Below, piece by piece: positions 18,080 to 26,864 of a stretch of 64,000 nt of DNA (position 1 is its first letter; the number at the start of each line of letters is the position of its first letter). Position numbers and translations under genes: made by a program. A model generated the notes under the pieces. It saw only the letters and a list, made by a program, of their open reading frames with translations. It was not told the origin of the DNA and searched no databases. The stretch is taken from positions 9,487-73,486 of the forward strand of contig JAIRYJ010000015.1 of assembly GCA_031267825.1 (NCBI GenBank), in the 5' to 3' direction. This stretch comes from Bifidobacteriaceae bacterium (GTDB lineage: Bacteria; Actinomycetota; Actinomycetes; Actinomycetales; WQXJ01).

Positions 18080-19234
18080 TCACATATTCGCCTGAATCAA
18101 CCCGGGCACGGCCAGCCCGACGCCCATAGCTTCGAGGGCTAAGGGTGCGGCCACGTTAGCGGCCAAGCGTTGGCGGGCTTGTTCAATGGCGTCTAGCCGG
18201 GACATTGTCTGCCTCACAGTTGACTTGGTTGCCTGTTCTACCACCATTTCAGCGGCGTCGGCGTTGATCAGATCAACGCTCGCTGCCATCTGTATCACTA
18301 GGACGTCACGGTAAAAGGCCAGTAGGTCAATCAAAGCCCGGTCGAGGCTGTCAGCTTGGCCGCGGCGTGCCCTTTTGGCTGATTCTTCATCGAATTCCTT
18401 GAGTCGCGCCCGGGCGAACGCGCTGGTCCGCCCACGAGCCGTTTCACCTAGTCCGGCCAACAGTTGGGCCCGTTCGCGGGTTTCGCGTTGGCGTATGACG
18501 GCTTCAGCCCGGGCTTTAGCCATAGCGCCAAGTTCGCCCGCCGCGATCACGGCCCGCGACACGGACGATGCCGCCCCCGGTAGTGCCAGCACCTTTTGGC
18601 GGGTGGCAGCCGCTTCAGGGTCTTGAACCAAACCGCGTGCCACACCGATATGGCATTGCGCGGCCAGCGCCGCCAAGCGGGCCTGTTCCGGGGTCGCACC
18701 GGCTTGTTTGATCAGCAAATCTATGACCGTTTGAACTGGCGGTATACCTAAGGCAACGGAGCGGCACCTTGATCTGATGGTGACAAGCACGTCACGCGGG
18801 CTTGGCGCCGCCAGAATCCAAACTGTTCGCGGACCGGCCTCTTCAAGAGATTTCAGCAGGACGTTACCGGTCCGCTCCAGCATGCGGTCAGCGTCTTCAA
18901 CAATGATGACCCGCCATTTGCCTTGGGCTGGTGCCCGTACCGCTAAAGCAACCCATTCGCGCACGTCATCGATCCCGATGACAACTTTTTGGGTGGCGCT
19001 GTCAAGCACGTCAGGGTGGCGCCGGGCGGCGACCGCCAAACAGTCACGGCATTGACCGCAGCCACCTTGGTCGCATTGCAAGGCGGCGGCGAAGGCCCGG
19101 GCGGCGACTGACCGGCCAGACCCGGGCGGGCCGGTGATCAGCCAGGCGTGACTCATCGCCTCAGGCCGGGTGGCGGCGTCCCGCAGAGCGGCCACGGCTG
19201 CTGCTTGACCGGTTACTGAATCCCAGACAGTCAC
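18080..19234 (-). CDS. holB: DNA polymerase III subunit delta'
   Basis: AAA+ clamp-loader N-terminus (HAWLITGPPGSGRS) and a Cys cluster CDQGGCGQCRDC. There is a 4-nt overlap with tmk upstream. Confidence 0.9.
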   Translation of the reverse strand: MTVWDSVTGQAAAVAALRDAATRPEAMSHAWLITGPPGSGRSVAARAFAAALQCDQGGCGQCRDCLAVAARRHPDVLDSATQKVVIGIDDVREWVALAVRAPAQGKWRVIIVEDADRMLERTGNVLLKSLEEAGPRTVWILAAPSPRDVLVTIRSRCRSVALGIPPVQTVIDLLIKQAGATPEQARLAALAAQCHIGVARGLVQDPEAAATRQKVLALPGAASSVSRAVIAAGELGAMAKARAEAVIRQRETRERAQLLAGLGETARGRTSAFARARLKEFDEESAKRARRGQADSLDRALIDLLAFYRDVLVIQMAASVDLINADAAEMVVEQATKSTVRQTMSRLDAIEQARQRLAANVAAPLALEAMGVGLAVPGLIQANM

Positions 19235-19929
19235 GGCCGGCCCGCCCTAGTCTGCCTGGTCCAAGCGTCAAGATACCGCTCGAAGGCCTGCCACAAGCGT
19301 TCTTGAACTTCATCCAGCGGAGCTTCTGAAGCGATGATGGCATAACGGTCTGGATCGGCCGCGGCCAGGTCGCGGTAGCGCTGGTTGACCCGGCGGTGGA
19401 AGTCTTCACCGGCGCGTTCTAGGCGGTCGGCTGGTTGACCCGATTGGCTTAGCCGGTCCCAGGCGGTGGCTTGGCCAACATCCAGCAGGATTGTCAGGTC
19501 TGGCCGCAGCCCGGCCGTGGCTAGCGCGTTGACTTGTCTGACCGTGGTCTCACTCAGGCCGCGGCCTTCAACTTGGTAGCTGATTGAAGAATCAAGGTAA
19601 CGGTCAGTCAATACCAGGTCACCGCGTGATAGGGCCGGTCCGATCAGCTCAGCCACGTGCTGGGCGCGGTCAGCCGCGTAAAGCAAGGCTTCGGCGGTGG
19701 CCGCCAGGTCACCGCCGTGCAGTAAAATCTGCCGGATTTGACAGCCGAGGGTGGTGCCACCTGGTTCCCGGGTGACGACTACGCCTGGTTGGCCTGGGGT
19801 GTCAACCAGGCCACGGCGGCGTAACTCGTCAGCCAGCAGTTTGAGGTGGGTTGACTTACCGGCACCGTCGCCTCCTTCGAAGGCGATGAAGCGTCCCGCT
19901 AAGGGGGACAGACCGGGAGGCAGGACCAT
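19231..19929 (-). CDS. tmk: dTMP kinase
   Basis: P-loop FIAFEGGDGAGKST and the DRY-type motif LTDRYLDSS. Confidence 0.92.
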   Translation of the reverse strand: MVLPPGLSPLAGRFIAFEGGDGAGKSTHLKLLADELRRRGLVDTPGQPGVVVTREPGGTTLGCQIRQILLHGGDLAATAEALLYAADRAQHVAELIGPALSRGDLVLTDRYLDSSISYQVEGRGLSETTVRQVNALATAGLRPDLTILLDVGQATAWDRLSQSGQPADRLERAGEDFHRRVNQRYRDLAAADPDRYAIIASEAPLDEVQERLWQAFERYLDAWTRQTRAGRP

Positions 19930-20011
19930 CTCTCCAGTGTCTCACTTGGGTCTTGGGGCTGGCGACTGGGTGGCCCTGGTTGGCCGCCGTGCGGTCATCT
20001 GCCCGCAGGCG

Positions 20012-20530
20012 CTAGGCAATACCTTCCTGCGCGGCCGCCTGGCCGAAGCCTTGCTGGCGCCAGGCCTCATAAACGGCGATCGCGGCTGAGTTAGCCAAGT
20101 TGAGAGAACGCCTGGCCGGGAGCATCGGAATGCGGACCAATTCGGTGACCGCTGGGTGACGCTTGACGGAATCGGGTAGACCGTGTGGTTCTGGGCCGAA
20201 CAGCAGCACGTCACCTGGCCGGTAGCTGACGGCCGTATAACCGGTGGTTCCGTGGGTGGTGAAGGCGTAGATCCGGGCGGCCGGGCTAACCGCGTCTAGG
20301 ACGCTGGCGAGATCTGGGTGGACTGTCAAATCCGCCAGGTCGTGGTAATCGAGGCCTGAGCGGCGCAACTTAGTGTCGGTCAGTTCGAAGCCGAGCGGTT
20401 CCACTAGATGCAGGCGCACCCCGGTGACGGCCGCCAGACGAATCGCATTGCCGGTGTTAGTCGGTATACAAGGCTGGTAAAAAACCAAGTGAAACACGGT
20501 GCATGCTCCGTTAGCTGTCAGGTTGGCCAA
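20012..20530 (-). CDS. trmL: tRNA (cytidine/uridine-2'-O)-methyltransferase, SpoU/TrmL family
   Basis: IPTNTGNAIRLAAVTG, VEPLGFELTD and RRSGLDYH, with the size expected of TrmL. Confidence 0.85.
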   Translation of the reverse strand: MANLTANGACTVFHLVFYQPCIPTNTGNAIRLAAVTGVRLHLVEPLGFELTDTKLRRSGLDYHDLADLTVHPDLASVLDAVSPAARIYAFTTHGTTGYTAVSYRPGDVLLFGPEPHGLPDSVKRHPAVTELVRIPMLPARRSLNLANSAAIAVYEAWRQQGFGQAAAQEGIA

Positions 20531-20560
20531 ACGGCACTAATGAGCTGGCCGGGCCTGGCT

Positions 20561-23383
20561 TCAGGTCGGCTCCGGCGGGGCCTCAATTGGACCTGGCGGG
20601 GCCTCAATTGGGGCCGACGCGGCCTTTGGTGCCGCCTTGGCTGTGGAGGCCCGGCTGGTGGTGGTCTTCGCGGCGGCCGTCTTGGAGGCGGCCGGTTTGC
20701 TTGCCGTGGTCTTTGAGGCCGCGGCCTTCTTGGCCGTGCTTCCAGTCACGGCGGTGGTCTTCTTGGCTGACGACCTGGCGGACGTCGACCGGCGCGGTTT
20801 CGCCGGGCCGCGGAGACGTTTCTCAGCTAGCAACTCAGCCGCCCGGGCAAGCTCGACAGTGGCTGGATCATCGCCTTTACGCAAAGTGGCGTTGGTTTCA
20901 CCGTCCGTCACGTACGGGCCCCAATTGCCGTCCTTGATCACAACCGGTCGGCCGGAGACCGGATCAGCCCCCAGTTCCCTCAGCGGTGCGGCACTCGCCC
21001 GGCCCCGGTGCTGCTTAGGCTGAGCCAGAATCGCCCGAGCCTCATCCTCGGTGATCGTGAAAATCTGATCCTCGCCCGGCAGTGAACGCGAATCAGTGCC
21101 ACACCGGATGTAAGGGCCGTAACGACCGTTCTGGGCTGTGATCAGCTTGCCGTCCGGGTCGGTACCAACGGTTCGCGGCAAAGACAGCAGCGCCAACGCC
21201 TCATCAAGCGTCACCGTCGCGGGCGACATTGACCTGAAAAGCGAAGCGTTGCGGGCCTTGGGCGCCTTCGCGCCGGCCGGCGGTTCGGCTGGCGCCTCCG
21301 TCACATAGGGACCAAACCGGCCATTCTTAACCTGGACATCCCAGCCAGTTACCGGGTCCTGGCCCAGAAGACGGGCCTGCTCTGGTCCGGCTTCGAGCAA
21401 CTCTTGAGCCTTGGCTGGTGTCAGCTCATCTGGTGCCAGATCATCCGGTACCCGGATCCGAAGGGCATCACCGGTGGTCTCACCATCAGCCCGTGACTCG
21501 AGGTAAGGCCCGTAGCGGCCGATCCGCAAGACAATCCCGTTACCCAGGTCAATCGTGTTGATGTCGCGGGCGTCAATCTCTGACAGGTTATCGACTAAAC
21601 CCTTCAAGCCACCCGGGCGGTTAGGCGAACCAAAATAGAACTGACGCAACCATTCGGCACGGTCCTCCTGACCGGCCGCGATCTGGTCGAGACCGTTTTC
21701 CATCGCCGCGGTGAAGTCATAATCCACCAGTTCGGCGAAGTTCTCCTCCAGTAGACGGGTCACGGCGAAAGCGATCCAGGACGGCACCAGCGCCGTTCCG
21801 CGGCGCTCAACATAACCCCGGTCCTCGATCACCGACACTGTTGTGGCGTAAGTCGAGGGACGCCCAATGCCGCGTTTTTCAAGCGCCGCCACTAGTGAGG
21901 CCTCACTGTAACGCGGCGGCGGCGTGGTCTGATGGCCTTGCGCTTCGACTTCTTGAGCCGTCAAAACCTGACCGCTCACCAGGGCCGGCAAGCGCCTTTC
22001 AGGTGAATCCGCGTCCTCATAACGTGACTGGTCATGGCTTTCTTCGTAGGCCGCCAAGAAGCCCCGGACAGTGATGACCGTACCAGCCGCACCAAAGGTC
22101 ACAGCGGTTTCGCCAGTCTGCCCAGTCAAACTAACTGAGACGGTCTCACCGGTGGCGTCATTCATTTGCGAAGCCACGGTCCGCATCCAAATTAGCTGGT
22201 ACAGCTTGAGTTCTTCACTCGACAAGGCGGACGCCAAACTAGCTGGAGCCGCGAAATGTTCACCTGACGGCCGGATCGCCTCATGCGCTTCCTGAGCGCC
22301 TTTAGTTTTAGTTGTGTAATGCCGCGGAGCCGGTGGCACTGAGTCCACGCCATAAAGTTGCTGAGCTTGTTCGCGAGCGGCTTTGATGGCCTGGCCTGAC
22401 AGGTTGGGGGAATCGGTCCGCATGTAGGTGATGTGACCGTTCTCATACAACCGTTGAGCGATTCGCATGGTAGTGCGTGAGTTCATCCGCAGCTTACGTG
22501 AAGCTTCCTGTTGCAAAGTTGAGGTAGTAAACGGCGGCGCCGGGCGGCGCCGGTAAGGCTTGGTTGTTAGTTCACTGACACTGAACGGCGCACCTTCAAT
22601 CGCGCCAGCCAACGCCTCAGCGTTGTCCCGCACTAAACGTTCCAAACCGGTGGCGCTGACCTGACCTGAATCATCAAAGTCTTTGCCGGTAGCGACCCGG
22701 CGGCCAGCGACGCTGACCAACCGGGCAGTGAAAGTCTGGCCTTCGGAAGTGAACTTGGCTTCAACACCCCAATATTCGGCCGTTTTGAAAGCCATCCGTT
22801 CACGTTCACGCTCAACCACCAGGCGAGTCGCCACCGATTGGACCCGGCCAGCCGACAGACCCGCCTTGACCTTGCGCCACAAGACTGGCGAAACCTCATA
22901 GCCGTAGAGGCGATCCAAGATGCGGCGAGTTTCTTGGGCGTCAACTAAATCTGTGTCGACGCCGCGCGGATGACGCACCGCCTGTTCAATCGCGTCCTGG
23001 GTGATCTCATGGAACACCATCCGTTTGACTGGCACTTTAGGATTCAGGACCTGCAGCAGATGCCAAGCGATGGCTTCACCTTCACGGTCCTCGTCTGTCG
23101 CGAGATAAAGTTCGGTGGCGTCTTTCAAAGCCCGGCGCAGGTCAGCCACTCGTTTCTTCTTATCCGGTTCAACCACATAGTAAGGGTCAAAGCCGTCATC
23201 GACGTTGACAGCGAACCGCCCATACGGGCCTTTTTTCATGTCCGGCGGCAGGTCCGAAGGCTGTGGCAGGTCCCGGATGTGACCAACTGAGGCCTCGACT
23301 TGGTATCCGGCGCCCAGATAACGCCCAATTGTTCTGGCCTTGGTTGGTGACTCAACGATCACCAGCTTCTTGGCGGGCACCAC
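20561..23383 (-). CDS. topA: DNA topoisomerase I
   Basis: Toprim N-terminus LVIVESPTKARTIGRYLG, the active-site Tyr region HITYMRTDS and an Ala/Lys-rich basic C-terminal tail. An AAGGAGGA Shine-Dalgarno sequence precedes the GTG start. Confidence 0.97.
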   Translation of the reverse strand: MVPAKKLVIVESPTKARTIGRYLGAGYQVEASVGHIRDLPQPSDLPPDMKKGPYGRFAVNVDDGFDPYYVVEPDKKKRVADLRRALKDATELYLATDEDREGEAIAWHLLQVLNPKVPVKRMVFHEITQDAIEQAVRHPRGVDTDLVDAQETRRILDRLYGYEVSPVLWRKVKAGLSAGRVQSVATRLVVERERERMAFKTAEYWGVEAKFTSEGQTFTARLVSVAGRRVATGKDFDDSGQVSATGLERLVRDNAEALAGAIEGAPFSVSELTTKPYRRRPAPPFTTSTLQQEASRKLRMNSRTTMRIAQRLYENGHITYMRTDSPNLSGQAIKAAREQAQQLYGVDSVPPAPRHYTTKTKGAQEAHEAIRPSGEHFAAPASLASALSSEELKLYQLIWMRTVASQMNDATGETVSVSLTGQTGETAVTFGAAGTVITVRGFLAAYEESHDQSRYEDADSPERRLPALVSGQVLTAQEVEAQGHQTTPPPRYSEASLVAALEKRGIGRPSTYATTVSVIEDRGYVERRGTALVPSWIAFAVTRLLEENFAELVDYDFTAAMENGLDQIAAGQEDRAEWLRQFYFGSPNRPGGLKGLVDNLSEIDARDINTIDLGNGIVLRIGRYGPYLESRADGETTGDALRIRVPDDLAPDELTPAKAQELLEAGPEQARLLGQDPVTGWDVQVKNGRFGPYVTEAPAEPPAGAKAPKARNASLFRSMSPATVTLDEALALLSLPRTVGTDPDGKLITAQNGRYGPYIRCGTDSRSLPGEDQIFTITEDEARAILAQPKQHRGRASAAPLRELGADPVSGRPVVIKDGNWGPYVTDGETNATLRKGDDPATVELARAAELLAEKRLRGPAKPRRSTSARSSAKKTTAVTGSTAKKAAASKTTASKPAASKTAAAKTTTSRASTAKAAPKAASAPIEAPPGPIEAPPEPT

Positions 23384-23558
23384 GGATCCTCCTTGTGAAC
23401 GATTCCCGAGTAACAGCTACGGCCCTTGACGGTACCTCAACTTGGGGTACCACCGCAGGACGGCCTGACAGCGTTCCTTGTGGGGCGGCATCGTCCAAGA
23501 CCGCTGCCGAACCCACCCTGACATCCCGAAAAACCCGAACGAACCGCGTTTTACCTGA

Positions 23559-24290
23559 TCAGACGCGGGTGACCCGGTCCGGCCCAATCTGATCGCGGGT
23601 CGTGATGGTGAGGCTGTCAATGTTGACGTGAGCCGGTTGGGCCGCCACCCAGCGGACAGCCTCAGCCACGTCCTGCGCCCGCAACGGTTCGATCCCTTGA
23701 TAGACGGCGGCCGCCCGGGAAGCGTCCCCGTTGAACCTGACGAGCGAAAACTCGGTTTCAACTAAGCCTGGATCAATTTCTGTGACCCGCACCGGTGTGC
23801 CCGCCAACTCGCGATGCAGCACAGCGCTCAAGGCCCGCTGGCCAAACTTAGCGGCGTTGTAGCCGGCCCCTCCGGCGTAGGGATAATGACCCGCGATCGA
23901 GACCATGTTGATCACCAGGCCAGCCGGCGACTGGGTCAGTTTGGGTAGGAAAGCTTTGGTCAGGCGTACTGTGCCAAGCACATTAGTGGCGAACATCCAT
24001 TCCCATTCGGCTGGGTCGGCTTGTTCGATCCGGGTTAGTCCTTTGGCTCCGCCAGCACAGTTAACCAGCAGGTCACAGCACTCAACCAGCTCAGCGAAAA
24101 CGTCAACCGCAGCCTGATCTGTCACGTCAAGGAACAGACCACGGGCTGGTGGGCCAAGTTCCCGGGCGAGCGCTTCAACCCGGGCGGTCCGCCGCGCCCC
24201 ACACACCACCTGCCAGCCGTCGGCTGCCAAGGCTCGCGCACTGGCTTGCCCTATTCCACTTGACGCACCTGTTACGACCGCTGTTCGCAC
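23559..24290 (-). CDS. SDR family oxidoreductase
   Basis: Cofactor-binding motif TGASSGIGQA and catalytic motif YNAAKFG. Confidence 0.85.
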   Translation of the reverse strand: MRTAVVTGASSGIGQASARALAADGWQVVCGARRTARVEALARELGPPARGLFLDVTDQAAVDVFAELVECCDLLVNCAGGAKGLTRIEQADPAEWEWMFATNVLGTVRLTKAFLPKLTQSPAGLVINMVSIAGHYPYAGGAGYNAAKFGQRALSAVLHRELAGTPVRVTEIDPGLVETEFSLVRFNGDASRAAAVYQGIEPLRAQDVAEAVRWVAAQPAHVNIDSLTITTRDQIGPDRVTRV

Positions 24291-24462
24291 CGTGGCCTCC
24301 TGCCTAATTGAATGGTTGACCCCCGGCTTGAAAGGTTCAGCTTCAGGCCTTTGGGTGTCTCTTAACCTCTGAGTCTATTGACGCCAGATTGCCATGTCGG
24401 CGCGGTCGGGGGAGACTATTGGAACAGCAGAGCGTCTAACACCAGTTCGTCTGGAGGCTGAA

Positions 24463-26778
24463 ATGTCGAATCCAACACCGCCGTGGCAACCCGATCCGCC
24501 TGATCGCCCGGCAACACCTGACCCGCCCGGCTTCAGCGGCCAGCCTAGCTACCCGGCTGGTCAGCTTCCTCCGGTCCAAGGTTATGGGCCTGGCCAGCCA
24601 GCGCCGGATCCTTTCATTCCAAGCGGTCCGATGCCGTCCCCAGGGTCTTTCGCGCCCGGTCAGCCGGGCGGTGGTTGGGTGCCGTCAGCGCCCCCAGCGG
24701 CGCCGGTTTGGGGTTCAACTCCGGCAGAACCAGCGGCGCCGGTTTGGGGTTCAACTCCAGCGACGCCCGCCATGCCAGCGGCGCCGGCAGCGCCAACTTG
24801 GGACTCACTCGCTGGGCCACCCACCACCCAACCAGGCGGCCAGGGCGGCTACGGCTTTGGGCCGGTATCCCCCGGCGCCTCTTATGGGCCAGACTTCACG
24901 CCCAGCCCATCACCCGCTGGGCCACCCGCCACCCAACCAGGCGTCCAGAGCGGCTACAGCTTTGGGCCGGTATCCCCCGGCGCCTCTTACGGACCAAGCT
25001 TCGCCCCTGGCCTGAGCCAGCCCTCCAGCGGCGTGTTCCCCGGCGACCAAAGCGCATCACCAGATTGGCAGGCACCGCCCCCACCCCCGCCTGCTCCACT
25101 CAGCCCGGCCTCTCAGCCACCCAAGAAGCGTCGCGGTGCCTTGATCGCGGCCCTGGCCGCCGCGGCTCTGGTGGCAGCGGGCGGCGGCGCCTGGGCTTTC
25201 ATCGCGTTACGCGATGTCGGTGGCGCGGCCAGCCCCGAAGAGGCCGCTGAACTACTCCTAAACGACGCCGTGAAGCTCAATTCGGTCAAAATCACCAGTC
25301 GTCTGGCGCCATCGGAAAGAGCCATCGGCGAATCATGGCGTGACCTTATACAAGTCTTTGTTGACCCGTCAGACAACCCCAATCCTGAGGCCAGCAAGGC
25401 CAGGCAAGACCTAGTCGGGGCGTTAACAATCGAGTTGAGCGGCATCAAGTTCGCCAGTCAGCCCTTGGCGACTGGTGTGTCACGCACCGCCCTGGCCGAG
25501 GGCAGTGTCCGGATCGACGCCAACGTCGACCAACTGACTGACGCCATACTGGACCTGACCAATGAATACGGTGACTCTCTTGTCGGCGGCGATGCCGGTT
25601 CCTTGCTCGGCTTCGACCCGTCCAGCATGACCCGCTCAGAGTTGAGGGACTCACTCGACGAGTTGCTGCCGATACAAAAAGACATCAGTGACCTGGCAAG
25701 ATCAGCCGAAATCGATGACTTGTTCGTTGTTACGGTCGAAGAGGGCGCCAAGTGGTATACGTCAGTCACAATGACGGCCGCGCAGTACATCTATGAGGCC
25801 AGCGGACCGCACGCCGAACCACTCGGTGATGTCATTCCGGCGGACCAGATGAAGGGCGCCGATCGGCCGGAAGACGCCGCCAGCAACCTGCTGGCCGCCA
25901 TTGACGCGGCCGCCGCCAGTAGTGACTTGCGTGAACTGGCCAGGGCCCTACCGCTGGCCGAATCCCGGCTGCTGGCCGTTTATGGCCCAGCTTTGAGCAG
26001 CGATTTGGCCATCGGTGACGTCTTCAACGCTTTCTCGATCACCAGTTTGACCACCTCTGAGGCTGGGTCGGGGGACGGTTACTCGCGTCAGGCGATAGAC
26101 ACCTTGGGGCTCGAAATGAACCAAGGCGACCAACTGTCAATCAACCGTGACGGCACATCATGGGATGCCCTCTATTCGTCGATTGACAGCGGAGCCAAGG
26201 TTAAGCTGTCCCAGCCAGACCGGCAGACCCTAGATCTCTCGATCGGCCCTGATGACGCGTCCAGCTTTGAATCCACCATGTCTGTCTCAGTCAAGATTCC
26301 AAGCAAAGGCGTCTTGGAAGTGGAGATTTGGGCAGAAGGTGAACAGTATTCCTTCAACTATCCAGACGATTGTTCAGGCACAGGTGATCGAGTCACGGTG
26401 AACCCGGTCTGCGGCCCCGATTCCGGATTTGACCCGTCTGAACTCGGTTTGGATGAACTGTCGGATCTGCCAGACTTGCGCGACCTGATCTCGTTGACAG
26501 CCTTGAAAGAGTCAGACGAAAAGTGGTACATCTCGCTCTTGGCCAGCCCAACTGCCATCGTGGCGTTGGGCGCTGTGGTGGTCGTCTCCGCCTTGTCTAG
26601 TTTCTCGACCTACGGCGGCGGCTTCGCGGATGATTTCCTCGGATCTGATGATTACAGCGATGACTGGAGCGATGACTCCCCTTGGGGTGATGAGTTCGGT
26701 GATGACTGGAGCGAAGACTTCCCTTGGGGTGATGAGTTCGGTGATGACTGGGATGACGATCAAGCCAGTCAAACCTAA
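24463..26778 (+). CDS. Hypothetical two-TM membrane protein with Pro-rich repeat N-terminus and acidic Trp/Asp repeat tail
   Basis: The start was moved to ATG 24463, which has a GGAGG 7 nt upstream. About 230 aa of Pro-rich repeats are followed by a TM segment (LIAALAAAALVAAGGGAWAFIAL), about 440 aa of unassigned domain, a second TM segment near the C-terminus, and the tail DDWSDDSPWGDEFGDDWSEDFPWGDEFGDDWDDD. Confidence 0.7.
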   Translation: MSNPTPPWQPDPPDRPATPDPPGFSGQPSYPAGQLPPVQGYGPGQPAPDPFIPSGPMPSPGSFAPGQPGGGWVPSAPPAAPVWGSTPAEPAAPVWGSTPATPAMPAAPAAPTWDSLAGPPTTQPGGQGGYGFGPVSPGASYGPDFTPSPSPAGPPATQPGVQSGYSFGPVSPGASYGPSFAPGLSQPSSGVFPGDQSASPDWQAPPPPPPAPLSPASQPPKKRRGALIAALAAAALVAAGGGAWAFIALRDVGGAASPEEAAELLLNDAVKLNSVKITSRLAPSERAIGESWRDLIQVFVDPSDNPNPEASKARQDLVGALTIELSGIKFASQPLATGVSRTALAEGSVRIDANVDQLTDAILDLTNEYGDSLVGGDAGSLLGFDPSSMTRSELRDSLDELLPIQKDISDLARSAEIDDLFVVTVEEGAKWYTSVTMTAAQYIYEASGPHAEPLGDVIPADQMKGADRPEDAASNLLAAIDAAAASSDLRELARALPLAESRLLAVYGPALSSDLAIGDVFNAFSITSLTTSEAGSGDGYSRQAIDTLGLEMNQGDQLSINRDGTSWDALYSSIDSGAKVKLSQPDRQTLDLSIGPDDASSFESTMSVSVKIPSKGVLEVEIWAEGEQYSFNYPDDCSGTGDRVTVNPVCGPDSGFDPSELGLDELSDLPDLRDLISLTALKESDEKWYISLLASPTAIVALGAVVVVSALSSFSTYGGGFADDFLGSDDYSDDWSDDSPWGDEFGDDWSEDFPWGDEFGDDWDDDQASQT

Positions 26779-26864
26779 AGCGATCCGGCCTGAGAGTTTC
26801 CGTTGACCGCCCGGCCGCACCCGGCTTGGTCCGCCAGCCCCATCCAGCGGGCCACTAGTTCCCG

